Part shown: positions 32,700 to 48,608 of the stretch, piece after piece | Numbering within the stretch: position 1 is the first letter of the stretch | How the letters are laid out: every line of letters begins with the position of its first letter | NCBI RefSeq assembly: GCF_009914755.1 | Contig: NC_060932.1 | Source: the human T2T-CHM13v2.0 reference genome, Homo sapiens | Reading direction: 5' to 3' (one strand) | Length of the DNA: 64,000 nt | Made by a program: the position numbers and the translations under genes | Notes under the pieces: model-generated | Told to the model about the DNA's origin: nothing | Seen by the model: the letters and a program-made list of their open reading frames with translations, nothing else | Databases searched by the model: none

Positions 32700-32885
32700 A
32701 AATAGAATAATAGCTAACATTTAGCATATGCTTACTCTGTGCCTGGCATAGTTCTAAGAGCTTTATAATAATTCACAAAATCCTGACAAAACTTTATGAG
32801 ATAGGCTCATTATTCCCATTTTATAGATGAGGACACTGAGACCCCACCGTGCCCAAGGTTACATAGCTTCTAAAAAGGGACCCAG
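32700..32885 (-). mobile_element. MIR
   Basis: CCCATTTTATAGATGAGGACACTGAG core. Confidence 0.8.
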
Positions 32886-32886
32886 A

Positions 32887-33290
32887 TGTGGTTACATGGA
32901 AACGCACCACCCAGCCCCCACTTGGAGGAAGGACTTGTGCCATCTTTGGGGAGTGCTGGCAGCAACAGCCTCCAGCTGTCAGCTCATTCAGGGTGTCCCT
33001 CAGATGCAGAGAGACTTGCCCAAGAGCACACCATTCCCAGGACAGCCCAAACAGATGGCTGATTACAGCAGAGATATAAAGGTCTGACTTTTGGGGCTCT
33101 CTGGAGAACAGTTAAAATGGGTTTTACACAATCCAGGTCTCCCCACGGAGTGACCTGAAGCTTTGCTGAATCTTCTGCTCCTCTCTCTGTCCAAATCTGC
33201 TTCTTTCCTCTCCTTTCCACAAAGGTTGACCCTTATAATACCCTGCAGAATGAACTCCATCCAGAGACCCCAGCCCACAACATCAGAATT
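32887..33290 (+). mobile_element. LTR16-like ERVL LTR
   Basis: GCAGCAACAGCCTCCAGCTGTCAGC, GACTTGCCCAAG, CCAAATCTGCTTCTTTCC. Confidence 0.65.
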
Positions 33291-33385
33291 GGAACCAGTC
33301 ATCTGACTCCACAGCCCTCACTCTGAGCTCTCTAATGTCTTCCCAGATAGAACAGACAGAAAGAAATCCACAAATCATTCTAAAG

Positions 33386-33623
33386 CAAGCTTGTCCATTC
33401 CACAGCCTGCGGGCCACAAGCGGCCCAGGACGGCTTTGAATGCGGCCCAGGATGGCTTTGAATGCGGCCCAACACAAATTCATAAACTTTCTTAAAACAT
33501 TATGAGATTTTTGCGATTTTTTTTTTAGCTCCTCAGCTATCGTTAATGTTAGTGTATATGATGTGTGGCCCAAGAAAATTCTTCCGATGTGGCCCAGGGA
33601 AACCAAAAGACTGGACACCTCTG
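33386..33623. mobile_element. MER30 hAT MITE with 22-bp internal duplication
   Basis: GCGGCCCAACACAAATTCATAAAC core; 8-bp TSD TTCTAAAG/CTCTAAAG. Confidence 0.9.
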
Positions 33624-34372
33624 CTCTAAAGCCTCATCTTAGCCAATAATTTTCTGCCTCTGCTTATACCAGGCATGTGTTAGAACCGTTAGCATAAGCA
33701 ACTTGTGGCATTATTTGGCCAAATTCTGGAAGGAGGAAAAAAATACCTGAAATCTTGGCTAATCTCTACACCAATATCAACCCCCAAAATATAGTTTTCT
33801 GCATTTTGAATATCCTGAAATATACCTACCCATTATTCTTAAATCCATAAATGACACACCAATCCATTTGCTTTTCTCTTCTTCTGTTCATCTTATGCTA
33901 CCCACCGCTTAAAGCGTGGACTAAATGTAGGCCGGCTGACAAGTTGTAACGTTTCTGCTCACTCTAAATGGCTGATTGCACACTGAATGTCTTTACTCAA
34001 GTAACTTGAAACTTTTAACTTTTCTGTGGAAAAATGCTAGTACACAGAGGAAACAACAGTGAATTTATCTCACTCTTCTTTCTTACAATATAAACACCTC
34101 ACAAATGAAAGCTATAAAGAGGAGGGGAGCCCCAGAAGTTCCCAGAGAGTTTCCCTAATATCACAAGCTCCTAGGTAAGCACCAACAGGGCCTCCCAAAT
34201 TCTAATCAATCTGATACTTGGGCATTGATCTATGTACATTAACGAGACCTCAAAAATTCGTATCCTTTCATACATATGCATCTTTTGGATTCCACATTTC
34301 TAATATTTATACTAATAATGCAAATAGGGAAATAACTGCTGAAAGTGCTGGTATCTATTCTTGATGGCTCAC

Positions 34373-34473
34373 CAGGAGTATTTCCACAAGTCACTTCTTA
34401 TTTCTGTCTCCTCTCTGTCAAGGAGCCCACAGCTGGCTCTGTTCGCCATCAGGAGTTCACACCCACAGAGATT
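34373..34473 (-). other. candidate 101-nt exon, minus strand
   Basis: Acceptor CCCTGTTTCTCATCAAAG and donor CTG|GTGAGC in unique sequence. Confidence 0.3.
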
Positions 34474-35399
34474 CTTTGATGAGAAACAGGGTAATGCTTC
34501 ATGTCTTGACCTTGAGGGTCAAGAATCAAATATTAACACTAAAGATAATGCACCAAAATACAAAACGTGGATGACATAAATTTTTTAGAAGAATTAAAAT
34601 GGTATCCAACCAGACAGAAAGAGAATGGGAGAGAAGACAATAGCAGATGAGAGATTTCAACATATTTTGGAAATATGGAAATCAGGTAGAAGATTACGTC
34701 TTAAGTGAGTGGACAATGTTCAAGCCTTCATGCCTGTAAAAAGGGAATTCAGCCCAGAAAAGAACTTTGTGCGTTGCACAGCCCCTGAGAAACACAGCAC
34801 TTTAAAGCAAGAATGAGGAATGAGGCTGAAAACAGGCAGATATCTTTCAACCCTGGACGGACTGGCTGATTTTCAGCTTCCATTCTCTACTATATAGCAG
34901 GAGGACACAGGACGTGGGAGAGAGGCCTTGGGGAGGCAAGGGAGGAGAATGGAACTAACATATTGTCTGATATGCTGAAGATTTTTGGAAAAGATTATTG
35001 CTAAGCATTTGTCATATGGATTATGACATATATATTCTTGGTCACAGTTCTGGCCTTAGGCAGGTCATAGCTCAGTTAATAAACATAGCCTGCAGCCACA
35101 GCCAGTGCCCCTTCTCCCCAGCACATGACCTCAATTCCCAACCCCACCCAAGTCTCATGCAATGAGCTCTGCTTGTCACAGAGGAATCTTGATTAAATTT
35201 GTCCGTGACAGAGTTTATCAAATATATGTAATGAATTCTTTTGAAAACAAATTGTTAATGCCAAAACTAAAATAGTTTTTATCGTACATTAATTAAATAT
35301 ATACAAATACAAAACTAGCTTTATGTAGCTTATGTTTCTGGCTATTGTAAAAGTATAAAAACAAAATAAATTTACAAAATAAATAAAACACAATAGGTA

Positions 35400-35620
35400 A
35401 GAAATTGGGCACTAAAATCAGAATGTCCGAGTTCAAACTCTACTACCACCATTTATTAATTGTGCCTTTTTGAATGTTACTTAAACTCCCAGGCCTTGGT
35501 TTCCTCATCTGTGAAACAGAAATTATAATAATTCCTATCACACAGATTGCTTCAGGATTAAATAATACATGCAAAGTATTGAGTCCTCAGTTAAGGTAAG
35601 CCACAGAGTTTGTTACTTTT
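35400..35620 (+). mobile_element. MIR
   Basis: GCCTTGGTTTCCTCATCTGTGAAA core. Confidence 0.75.
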
Positions 35621-35742
35621 ATTATGACCAAACCCAATAAAATGCAAATTGAATTAGTGTAATGTAATACATGACATTTTGCTGAAACCAAATAGCTAAT
35701 ATGAATATGGTACTGAGCTATGGCACAAGGTCTATATTTATA

Positions 35743-35973
35743 CACGTTGTGTATCCCTTATCCAAAATGCTTGGGACCAGAACTGTTCTGGATTTCAGAG
35801 TTTTCTGGATTTGGGGATATTTGCATTATACGAGTTGAGCATCCCAAATCCAAAAATTCAAAATCTAAAAGCTCCAATGACCATTATCCTTGAGCATTAT
35901 GCCAGTGTTCCAAACGTCTCAGATTTTGGAGCATTTCAGATTTTAGACTTTCAAATTTGGGATGCTCAACCTG
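35743..35973. mobile_element. Tigger4a/MER46-like DNA transposon
   Basis: TIRs CA(C)GTTG..TATCCC / GGGATGCTCAACCTG; TA TSD. Confidence 0.85.
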
Positions 35974-36319
35974 TACTACCATCTGTATGATGATTCAGTT
36001 TACACACTGTATTCCTACTACTGGGAAAACTGCATTTGCTCAGTACACCATGATTGCATATGACCTTTTTCTGGAGTGAAATTCATCATTGGTGCATTGT
36101 TTTCATCTATTCTACCCTAATCAGGTTATAACAAAGTATTAGCACAAAGGGAGGCTCTGAAATTGTGCATCTGTATTTGGTAATAAAATAGCCATACAAA
36201 TTAGTCAAAATTACAAATGTTTATATCATATTTCTTCAATTGTCATTAAAATGAAAACACAATCAAAAATTTAACACCAAAACTTCTAAGGATCACTGAC
36301 CTATGATAGGAAGCCCAGA

Positions 36320-37230
36320 AGAAAACTAACTGGGCTGGGTGCCAGAATTGAGATCCTAAATTACATGCCAACTATAGTAAGATAAAGATTCATAAATATA
36401 ACTGCAAACTCCTACACTTATGTCCTAAAAATAAACTATACAAGTATAGTTGGGAAGACATATCCTGATAAGAGCACGTATTTTAAGAACCCAGGGATTG
36501 TTTGATTGTCAATAGTGCGATGTACTTGCCAAAAAACTAATGAGATCTTGGATACACTGACAGAAACACAGTCTCCAAAACAAAGGGAGTTCTACTCTGC
36601 TCCATGCAGATGGAATCATACTTAGAGTCATGTATTTGGCTCCAGATAAGGCCCTTTAATAAGCTCATAGACAATTTAGAACAAATGTATTATGGTGATT
36701 AAAACCATGGAATTCAGAGTTTGAAAGATGGAAATCGGAATATCAGCTCCAGCAACTCAGCATGTTGGTTCACCACTCCAAGCCTGAGCTTTCATGTCTG
36801 CCAAGTGGAGATATTAATAATGCATATCTCCTGATATTGTTGTGAGAATTAAATAAAAAATTCCTAGTGATATTTACTGTACTCTAAAGGTAGAGTGCTA
36901 AACACAATGTCTAGCAAAGGTAGTAAGGTTTTCAAAAAATAGTCTAAGCATTTTTAAGTACAGTGGATATCTTTAAGTACAAAGAACAATGAATTTTTTT
37001 GATTTCATATAAAAAGTAATAGAACTCAGAAGAATTAGCGGTGAGAAGAGTCATCTTAAAAATCACATGGGGTTGCTCTGCTCAAATATTTGAAGGTTGT
37101 TACACAGATGAAAGAACTACTACCAGGGAGACAGTTTTTTTTTTTTTTTAAACTCACCATAGGAAGAATTGTTCAATGAGGAGCTCAAAATCTAAGTTGC
37201 TGCCACAGGAAGTGGTGAGTTTCATAGCAG
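36320..37230 (+). mobile_element. L3/CR1 remnant with nested MIR
   Basis: GTGCGATGTACTTGCCAAAAAACTAATGAGATCTTGG, TTCTACTCTGCTC, TCAAATATTTGAAGG. Confidence 0.55.
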
Positions 37231-37716
37231 TGGGGACTTCCATAACTACCCTGAGATCCTCCAATGCTCCTCCACCCCGTGAAGTCTCTCTGAGGATGTG
37301 TCCATCAATTTAACGTTCACTTCAAGGTTGGAAAATCTGAAAATCAAAATCTGTATCTCCCAGTCCCAAACCCTGTCCAGTGTTCCCTAGGCAAAATGCT
37401 CTTTTCTCTTACAAACTAAATGAGCCAAAGATGGTTCTCATTTGGGGAAAAATTGAGAGGATGTCATGAGCCCATAGCAAGGTCCTCAGCTACTTCAGCA
37501 TATAGCCCAAACAAAGCCCAAATCCCTTCTGGATTAATCTGACCCCATTCTGTGTAAGTCTTTCACTTCTAACCCAGTGGCACTTACATTGTCAATTGGA
37601 AGACTATTATTTTTGCGATTGTTGGCATATCGTACTCTCGTTGATCCAGAGAGTGAAGCCAGGATCTATGGGTTAAAGTTTTATGGTAGCAGCTTTTCAT
37701 TTAATAAAAGAAATAA

Positions 37717-37910
<194 letters not shown>

Positions 37911-37917
37911 GATCTAG

Positions 37918-38212
<295 letters not shown>

Positions 38213-38331
38213 AAAACCTTAATTTCAAATAGTGCTGTTCCTATTTTCTTCACCAGGGATTAGTGTGTTGTAATAATAAATGTTATCTGTACATCATAAG
38301 GAAACAGCTGTTTTCTAAGAACACACACACG

Positions 38332-38640
38332 GGCTGGGTGCAGTGGCTCATGCCTGTAATCTCAACACTTTGGGAGGCCAAGGCCAGTGGATCACCTGAG
38401 CCCAGTAATTCAAGACCAACCTGGGCAACATGGCAAAACTCCATCTCTACAAGAAAATACAAAAGAGATCAGCTGAGCATTGTGGCGCACATTGCATGTG
38501 CCTAAAGTCCCAGCTACTCAGGGGGCTGAGGTGGGAGTATGGCCTGAGCCCTAGAGGCAGAGGTTGCAGTGAACCAAGATCACACCACTGCACTCCAGCC
38601 TGGGTGACAGAGTGAGATCCTGTCTCAAAAATAATAAAAT
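38332..38640 (+). mobile_element. AluJ
   Basis: Diverged full Alu. Confidence 0.9.
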
Positions 38641-39034
38641 TAAATTAAGTAATACATACATAAATGACAAAGAAAAAGCTTCTTTTATAAAACTTCATGT
38701 GAAATCCTGGAGGATCAATATCATCCTCCAAAAATGTATAATAAGGCTTGACTGTGGTTCCTGCTTTCATTCTCAAATCACGAAAAGAATCACCCAGTAG
38801 GACATGAAATTTAATGCACACAATGTAGGTGGAAACAAAAACGTATGTAAAAAGGAAGCTATCACCAGATCATGCCAAAACTGGACCTGTAGTAAAACTC
38901 TGCCTTTCTGACTTCCTTGTGCAGGGAGCAATCGTGTCCCATGGAACAATCTTAATCTTGCAGTGTCACCAGGCACTTACGTGAGATGCATGGAGAGGCT
39001 GTTAACACACTTCCTTCATATTGTTAAGAGTATA

Positions 39035-39539
<505 letters not shown>

Positions 39540-40846
39540 CTAATGCTTGTTTCTAAAACTCTAGAACTTTTTAAAGTCCTGGAGGATAAAGAGACTGAAA
39601 AGGCTTTTCTCTTTAATGCCTAACTGTGGACTCAGCAAATGTAGCACAGCTCTTCACAATATGACAGCCATTACGCTCCTGACAATGATCACTCCATCAC
39701 TTCCCACCTCAAGACAGGCTTATACGTTATCCCTATCTTCCCGATTCAGTGAAAGCACTAACTTTGGACTCTGTGGCAGTGAAGGGAATTAATTTATGAA
39801 ATAAGCACTTTCCCATAATAGCCCCCAAAGCTTTTCACAATTGAACACTGTCATTTGGGCCTACCATCAATAATAGAGTGACAAAGTACACTCTGATGCA
39901 GTTTAACAAAGGAACAGCAGACAACTCGGGACTTCAACACATTCAGGCTGCTGCCCAAGAAAGCCATTGTTGGCTGAGAGGCTCTGATGATTCACAGCTC
40001 TCACTCACTCTGTTCATCAACCATGTCAGGGCTCAAAAGGTTTCAGGAAACACTGTCAGGAAGACTTTTTGGCTAACAGCTACATTTGACAACTGACCTT
40101 TAATCTTTATTTCACATTATCATCCTATCATTAGCCAAGGATAATACATGAGCATTTTTCAAATATGATTTCATGGACTGAAGATTTTCTAAAGACTTTT
40201 CATCCAAAGAAAGACACTATTATTATTAGCTTCACCAGACTCTGACTATATCCTGGATTTCTTAAAAGGTCTCAATTAAGTAAAATTAATGATTTCATTA
40301 GAGTTGAGTAAGCAGTCACACACTGTTTCCTTCTTTTTGTAGAGGCTCTTTTGGCCACATCAAAATACGATAACACAAACTAAAGCAGCACAGGCTGCAC
40401 GAGAGAAAAAGCCCTGACCTGGAAGACAAGAGTCTGCTTTGACCTTCAGCAGACCATTTCATATCACTTTGTCTATTGCTTCATCTGTAATATGTGAGGA
40501 TTGAACTGAAAAGGAGGGCATGTGGCTCCGGTCAGTGTAGCTGGAGCAGAGGAAGAAGTGAAATATGAGCAAGATGAGTTTTGGACAAGTAGGCAGGGGC
40601 CAGACCATGCCCTGCAGGTCTCGTCAAAGATTCTGATATTTGCCCTAAGAGAAGTAGGATTTAACCCACTGAATGACTTAAGCAAGGGAGTAATATGCTA
40701 TGATCTCCAATACTTTGAAGACCAGAGCAGAGACATGGAGACCAGTCAGTACACTACTTCAGTAGCCCAGGTAATGAATAGTAAGTGCTTAGGCTAGGGT
40801 GATGGCAATGAAGATGAAAATAAGAGGGTGGATTTTATTTAGGTGG

Positions 40847-41253
40847 CATCTTCGTCCATTTGTGCTGTGATAACAAAATACCTGAGTCTGGGTGGTTCAT
40901 AAAAAACAGAAATTTCTCAATTTCTGGAAGCTGAGAGTCCAAGATCTAGGCGCCAGCAGATTCAGTGTATGGCAATGGCCTGGTCTCCACTTCCAAGTTG
41001 GTGCCTTGTTGCTGTATCCTCCACAGGGGAGGAATGTTGTGTCCTCACAGGGTGGAAGGGATGGAAGGGCAAGAGAGAGGCAAACTCCTTCTGTCAAGTC
41101 CTTTCATAAGGGCATCTAATTCTGTTCATGTGGGCAGAGCCCTCATGATTCAATCATCTCCTTAAAGCCACACCTCTTAACAGTCTTCCATTGGGAATTA
41201 AGTTTCCACATGAATTTGGGGTGGGGACAACCAACCATCATTCAAACCATAGC
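40847..41253 (-). mobile_element. MLT1A-like LTR
   Basis: TGCTGTGATAACAAAATACC...CATTCAAACCATAGCA. Confidence 0.85.
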
Positions 41254-41320
41254 AGGTGGTAAAATCAGCAGGACTTAGCAATGGAGGGTATGGGGAGGGA
41301 TTTGTCAATAATGCCTCCAC

Positions 41321-41765
<445 letters not shown>

Positions 41766-43255
41766 TCATGCCATTGGCGTGAATAGAAAACACTGGGAAA
41801 GAACCAGTTTAGGAGAGTTTTAGGAGAAAGATTGCAGGTTCAATTTTAGACAAATTGAGCTAGAGGTGCTTCTAAAATGTTCAAATGGTCATGTCAAGGC
41901 AATAAATGGGTCTGGAGTTTAGAGAAGGAATCTGAGCTGGAGTTAATTTAACAGTCATCGGCATATGGAAGAAAACTGAGGCCACTGGTATGGAGCAAGT
42001 ATGGAGTTAGGAAAGAAGAGGCCCTGGAGCCAAGCTCTCAGGAGCTCCATCAATTAACCACTGAGTATAGAAGCACGAGCTTTAAAGGGAACTGAGAAGG
42101 GAAAGGCCACATAAGTGAGAGGAAAACCAAAATGTAGTGTTACAGAAGCTAAGGGGAAAAGTATTTTTTTTGGACGGAGAAAAAAAAAGTTTTTTTTTTG
42201 GAGAGTTCAACAATGAATTAAGTGACTGGAGGTCACTGATAATCTTAACTTTTTCAGAGGAGTAATGAAGTCAAAAGCAAGATTAGAATGAAGTTTTTAA
42301 AATTTTTAAAATTAACCCAAATTTGCATATAGCATTTTACCCTAAAAGAATCTCAGATAAAGGGGAGTCACAGAAATAACATTCGAATGAATCATGTCTC
42401 AAAAAGAAAGATTGCATTCTGAGCAGGATTCTGATAAAGACTCAAACTACTTCACTTTAAAAAAAAAAAAAAAAAAAGCTCCAGTGCATTTATACATCTC
42501 AGGATCTCAGGGGCAGCACCCCTGGGTGGAGACTTCAGTTGAATATAGGGTAAGCCTTCATGATTCACAAGCCCAACAAATCTTAGAGCTTTATTATACT
42601 ATGTTCTTAGATTCTGTGCTAGGAAACCACAGAATTCAGGACACTACCTTCCTGCAAGGACCTGGGGTACTTAGTCACCATCACAGACATTTGTAGAGCA
42701 CAATCTATGTCCAAGAGACCATGCTTGGTGCCACAGCTCAAAGAAAATGTCTGTAGATTGGTTCGAACCTAAGGAGGGACTCACCGGAGCCTTTCCTGGG
42801 TATGACAGCATGCTTACTCTCTCCCAGTTCACAATCTAGGCCAAATGGGAGATGACTACGGTTATTGAAAGTATTAGATCTTGGTTCAAACAGCTCCTTG
42901 AATAGGATAAAATGATCCTGGTGATAATGCCACCTTCCTCTCCCAAGTCTTTTTTGGCAACTGTGCTTATTACTCATTCATTCATTAATTCATCACTTTC
43001 TAGTCATTCAACTACATATCAGGCTCTGGGACTGGTGCTGGAAATTCAGTGGTGAGCAAGATGGGCATGGTCTTAACTCTTGTGGAACTTACCAGATAGA
43101 AGACATCCCCCTGTTCAGGATGTATTGGCCCACACAGAGCTAAGAGATCAGTAGCCATGATTGATCTATCAGCCTTTCGGAGACGGCTGTGTCATGCATG
43201 AGGGCCCATCTGTAGCCACTGTGCAAACTGTTTGGAGAAGTGAGAGAGCCTCTAA

Positions 43256-43717
<462 letters not shown>

Positions 43718-44446
43718 TGAATCATAGATAATGTTACAGCAAAATACACCTGACGCACTCATTAAAACAAAGATCACATTTGCATAGTTGCTGTCCATAG
43801 AAAGATACACACAGAGGCAGCTGGAAAGCTAATGAGGTTGTCCAGATGGCAGCATCTTCCTCATGTGGTACATGTGTTCCAGGAGCTTTCATGGGACTCC
43901 ACAGCCTCCGCCTGCCTCCTTCCCCTCCCTTCTCCTAGAAGGATAGTCTAGACTAGCATTGTTAACCGGAAGATTGTACAGGAGGATAGAAGCAGCATTC
44001 TGATGAATACTGAAGCTCATTGTGAGAGAAGGTGCCATTACTGGAAAAGAGGAGTATTTAAGATGGGTATTACTAATAGGAGTTAGGCCAAGGGGAGCCC
44101 TCAGGCAGGGCATCATCTGATGTGATGGCTGGCTTCATGTATTTGAAAAAGGGAGCGATTTATTTAGTGCTGCTCCTGAGGGCAGTATGGAGCCTGCTGA
44201 ACCAGGGCCCATCACAGTGGACCAGCCTGGAGTGTTCAGGGCCTGCAGCCTGGGTTTCTCCCCTTTCTTGCTCCATATTCTTAGAAAAGTTACTTACTCT
44301 TTGTTGATCTTGGTTTTCTTTTTTTAAAAAATATTTTTACTTTCTTTTTCTGTGAATTTGAGACAGCATAGATCTTGGTTTTCTTATCTGTAACATGGAG
44401 ATAAAGAATAATGCCTACTTCATGGGGTATTGTAAGAATTTTTTTA

Positions 44447-44724
44447 AATTTTTTTTTTGTTTGGGGGGCTACAGGATCTTACTCTGCCACCCAGGCTGGA
44501 GTGCAGCCTCAACCTCCTGGGCTCAAGTGATCCTCCCACCTCAGCCTCCCAAGTAGCTGGGACTACAGGCAGGCAACACCACGCCAGGCTAATTTTGGAT
44601 TTTTTGTAGAATCAAGGTCTCGCCATGTTGACCAAGCTGGTCTTGAACTCCTGAGCTCAAGCGATCCGCCTGCCTCAGCCTCCTAAAATGCTGGGATTAC
44701 AGGCGTGAGCCACCACGCCCGGCC
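44447..44724 (-). mobile_element. AluJ inserted in MIR
   Basis: TSD TATTGTAAGAATTT; MIR halves on both sides. Confidence 0.9.
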
Positions 44725-44849
44725 ATATTGTAAGAATTTAATGAGGTGCTACTTATAAAGCATTTGGCATAGTACCTTGGCAAATAAGTTGTTTATATTA
44801 TTAGAGGCCAGAACTACCAAAGGTGTCTGCTTTTTGTTCACTGTCTTAG

Positions 44850-44980
44850 ATGCGGGAGAGAATATTTGACCTTAGATTTGTCCGCCTGCATCTTTCTCCT
44901 GACGCCAACCTCAGTTCCTCCTCTGACTGCCTCTCTCCATCTGTATTGCAAAACACCAAACTCTCTGCCAAAGAACACAT
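44850..44980 (+). other. internal exon, 131 nt (probably UTR or lncRNA)
   Basis: Acceptor TCTGCTTTTTGTTCACTGTCTTAG and donor CAT|GTAAGT; two frames open; no recognisable protein. Confidence 0.6.
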
Positions 44981-47179
44981 GTAAGTGACCAAAACAGCAA
45001 GAATTGCTGATCTTTACTCTCACAGGCACTGACAGTTGCCTGGCAGGATCAAGGGAGAGCTTATTAAGAGGGAGGGTTTTTTGTCATTACATATGGTTGG
45101 ATAGGGAGAAAGTATGGCCCACTGGAGGGAGAGCTCCAGTCATTCTCCAGAACACAGAGTGGGAGTCAACACATTCTGAGTCAGTCACCAATACAACTTT
45201 TGGCCAAAACCCATTTTCCTGTCTTTGATTTCACCATATGACCCCTGCTGATTGCTCTGACCCTTCCCACCACAATGCGCACTTACACCTATTTCACCCA
45301 AATCACATAAGGCTGGTAACAAAGAAGTAACACCATGGGCCACCACTTGGCCAGGTTACCTTCCTCCTCCTGACTCTAAAAAAAGGTACAATGGAGAATG
45401 CACAAATTTGACAACAACAAAATCAATGGAATAGCTACATTCTTATGACAAATTATGCCAAGTCTGAAGGCTTCTGAGCATTTCCTGTTGTCATAAAGGC
45501 AAAAACACATTTCATTATTTAGAAAATCTGAGCATCAACAAGATAACAAGTCTGACCTTTGTATCCAAGCCCTTTATAACTTTGGGGCCAGAACCGGTAG
45601 AATGGGGAAGAGTCCACTCTGTTCTCTTTAAGTTCTTCTGGAGAATTTCTGCTCAATTCACTCTTCTTAAAATGTCAAACTCCTTATATCTATATATACA
45701 ATCCTTTGCCTTATGAATTAAGGTCCTCTGACTCCTGTACCTTCAGTGGACCAATGACAGTTTCAGGATTTGAGCAGCTAAGCTTGAGTGTGAATTCAGT
45801 CTATGCTCTCCTGGGGTTTCCAATCTGTGCTGTACTTAGGTTTTGTTTTTTCTTTTTTCTTTTTTTCCCCACTGTCTCACTTTCCCAATGTACTTAGGTT
45901 TATTAAATGAGTTTACGTATCTCAAATACAGGATAGTTTTTGAAACTGAAATATCTTAAATTTATAAGAAAAACTTGGCCTTCAGATTCACAAATAATCC
46001 AAAAACTTATAAATAATTAAAACCTCAACCTTCTCCTTCATGAAAAATTTAGTCAGAATTCTTAATGAAATAAAGTGATTTAAACTCTAGCTCATATAAC
46101 ATAGGATTAAATATTTCTAAATCAGATTGCTCAAAAGATACAAAAAGCCTCAATAATTCATGGACAGTCAGGAATGAGGTTGAGCTGAATGAGCAGAAAA
46201 ATGATGTATAAGGTTAGACACAGCTTGGTCTTCCCAAGCAGGTGGCACAGCAACACTTCACCTCTCACAGCAGCAAAAGCAATTCACCATCATATGCTAC
46301 TATCTTTTTTATTTAAGAATAGCATTTAACAAGCTTATTTTAGAATCTGATTCATTTTCATTTTTAGGAAATTTAAAGGCCTTAAACCTTCTCCATACTG
46401 TGTGTGATTACACCTAATTAAAGTTCACATCTTTCGCAGAAAGGTGGGATATCAGTTCTAATTTTACGCACTGGTGTGATGGAGGGCAGAAGGCATTAGG
46501 CTGCAGGCCAATAAACCCAGGTTTATTCCTGACTTGGTCACTACTTTTCTGGATTTTCTTAAATGCCTCAGTTTTTCCATTCATAATATATGAGCATTAA
46601 TGTCTGGCCCTTATCAGAATTCTCTATGGCAAATTATGTAATCACCTTTCATTTTAAAACTATTTAAACTATTGAGCCCGTACTGTATGATAGACACCAT
46701 CCTATCTGCTATAAATAAAGTAAGGAACAAGAAAGTCATACTCTAACATTTGTTACATTTGTTCAAAAAATTTGTACTGCTATCCAATAATTGATATGAC
46801 ACTTTCAGGAACCTCTGAAGATACATGAAGTCAATAAGTCAACCAACAAGTCAACAAACATTTGTTGAATATTTACAATGTGCAAGACATTGTATCAGAT
46901 ACAATTATAAATAAAAATGTACCTCACTAGACGTATGCTGCTAGAGGATACAGCTCACGTTCATCATTACACCCTGTATCCCCGAAGTCTAGCATAGTGC
47001 CTCGTACTCAGCAATGCTCAATAAAGAATTGTTGAATGGACAAATGTATGACTGTGGGAGTGAAAAAAACAATCAAGGGCCCTGCACTCAAGGGGTTAGA
47101 ATTTAATAGGGAATTTAAAGCATGTGTGCATCCACTCATCAACTACAATAAATAATAGTATGCCATAAAAAGACGCAAA

Positions 47180-47700
47180 GGAAACAAAAGAATTTAAAGC
47201 GGAAACTCTAACAGATACTTGTACACCAGTGTTCATAGCAGCTTTATTCACAATAGCCAAAAGTTGGAAACAATTCAAATATCCATTGATAGATGAATGG
47301 ATCAACAAAATGTGGTGTATACATAACAATAAATTTAATTCAGCCAGAAGGAAATTCTGACACGTTACAACATAGATGAACCTTGTGGACATTATGCCAA
47401 GTTAATTAAGCTAGGCCCAAAAGGACAAATATTGTATTATTCCACTTACATGAGATCCCTAGAATAGTCACATTTATAGAGACATAAAGTAGAAGAATCA
47501 TTACCAGGGGCTATGAGGGAGGGGGAATATGGAGTTATTGTTTCATGAGTAAAGGATTTCTGTTTCAGATGATGAAAACGTTCTGGAAATGGATGGTGGT
47601 GGTGGCTATGCAATGAGAACATACGTAATGCCACTAAACTGTACATTTTAAAAACAATTAAAATAGTAAATTTTATGTTATGGATTTCAGTACAATTTTT
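47180..47700 (+). mobile_element. L1MB-type 3' end
   Basis: GTGTTCATAGCAGCTTTATTCACAATAGCC, GATGATGAAAACGTTCTGGAAATGG. Confidence 0.85.
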
Positions 47701-48026
47701 TTAAGCCATGAAGAAGCTTGGGAGGCACTGAGAACATCTGCCTGGGATAATCAAGGAGGGGTTTTCTAGAGATGGTCCTATTTGTGCTTGCTCTTCCTGT
47801 TAATCCCTGCAAATCAAAGTTCATACTGTGGATAATAAGAAGCAAGCATTCATTTTCATGTGGTTCACCAGCTTTATATGATTCCTTATACAAGAAACTA
47901 GTAAGACAGGTTGCTCTGGGAAGAGGCACTAGAAGCCTAGAGGTTTAGGGATTTGATGGCCTGGGGTAGAAAAAGACTTACTTTTCACTGTGCATTTATT
48001 CCTTTTTGTTTAAAATACAAATATTT

Positions 48027-48608
48027 GCATTTCCCTGATCATTAGTGATGTTGAGCATTTTTTCATATGTTTGTTGGCCATTTGTATGCCCTCCTTTGAG
48101 AATTGTCTATTCATGTCCTTAAGCCCACTTTTTGATGGGATTGTTTGTTTTTTCTTGCTAATTTGTTTGAGTTTGTTGTAGATTCTGGATATTAGTCCTT
48201 TGTCAGATATACAGATTGTGAAGACTTTCTCCCACTCTGTGGGTTGTCTGTCTACTCTGCAGACTGTTCCTTTTGCAGTGCAAAAGCTCTTTAGTTTAAT
48301 TAAGTCCCAGCTATTTGTTTTTGTTTTTATTAAATTTGCTTTTGGGTTCTTGATCATGAAATCCTTGCCTAAGCCAATGTCTAGAAGGGCTTTTCCAATG
48401 TTGTCTTCTAGAATTTTTATAGTTTCAGGTCTTAGATTTAAGTCATCGATCCATCTTGAGTTGATTTTTATATAAGGTGAGAGATAAGGATCCAGTTTCA
48501 TTCTCCTACATGTGGCTTGTCAATTATCCCAGCACCATTTGTTGAATAGGGTGTCGTTTCCCCACTTTATGTTTTTGTTTGCTTTGTTGAAGATCAGCTG
48601 GCTGTAAG
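48027..48608 (-). mobile_element. inverted 5' segment of L1PB (ORF2 C-terminal remnant)
   Basis: Minus [21 protein letters not shown]...[13 protein letters not shown] is L1 ORF2p. Confidence 0.92.

Noticed and set aside
43839-43854. CTCF site TCCAGATGGCAGC
   Set aside because: Only the 3' half matches the motif; the 5' CCAC core is missing.
48010-48501. 163-aa ORF as a gene
   Set aside because: It is an L1 ORF2p C-terminal remnant in a truncated, inverted element.
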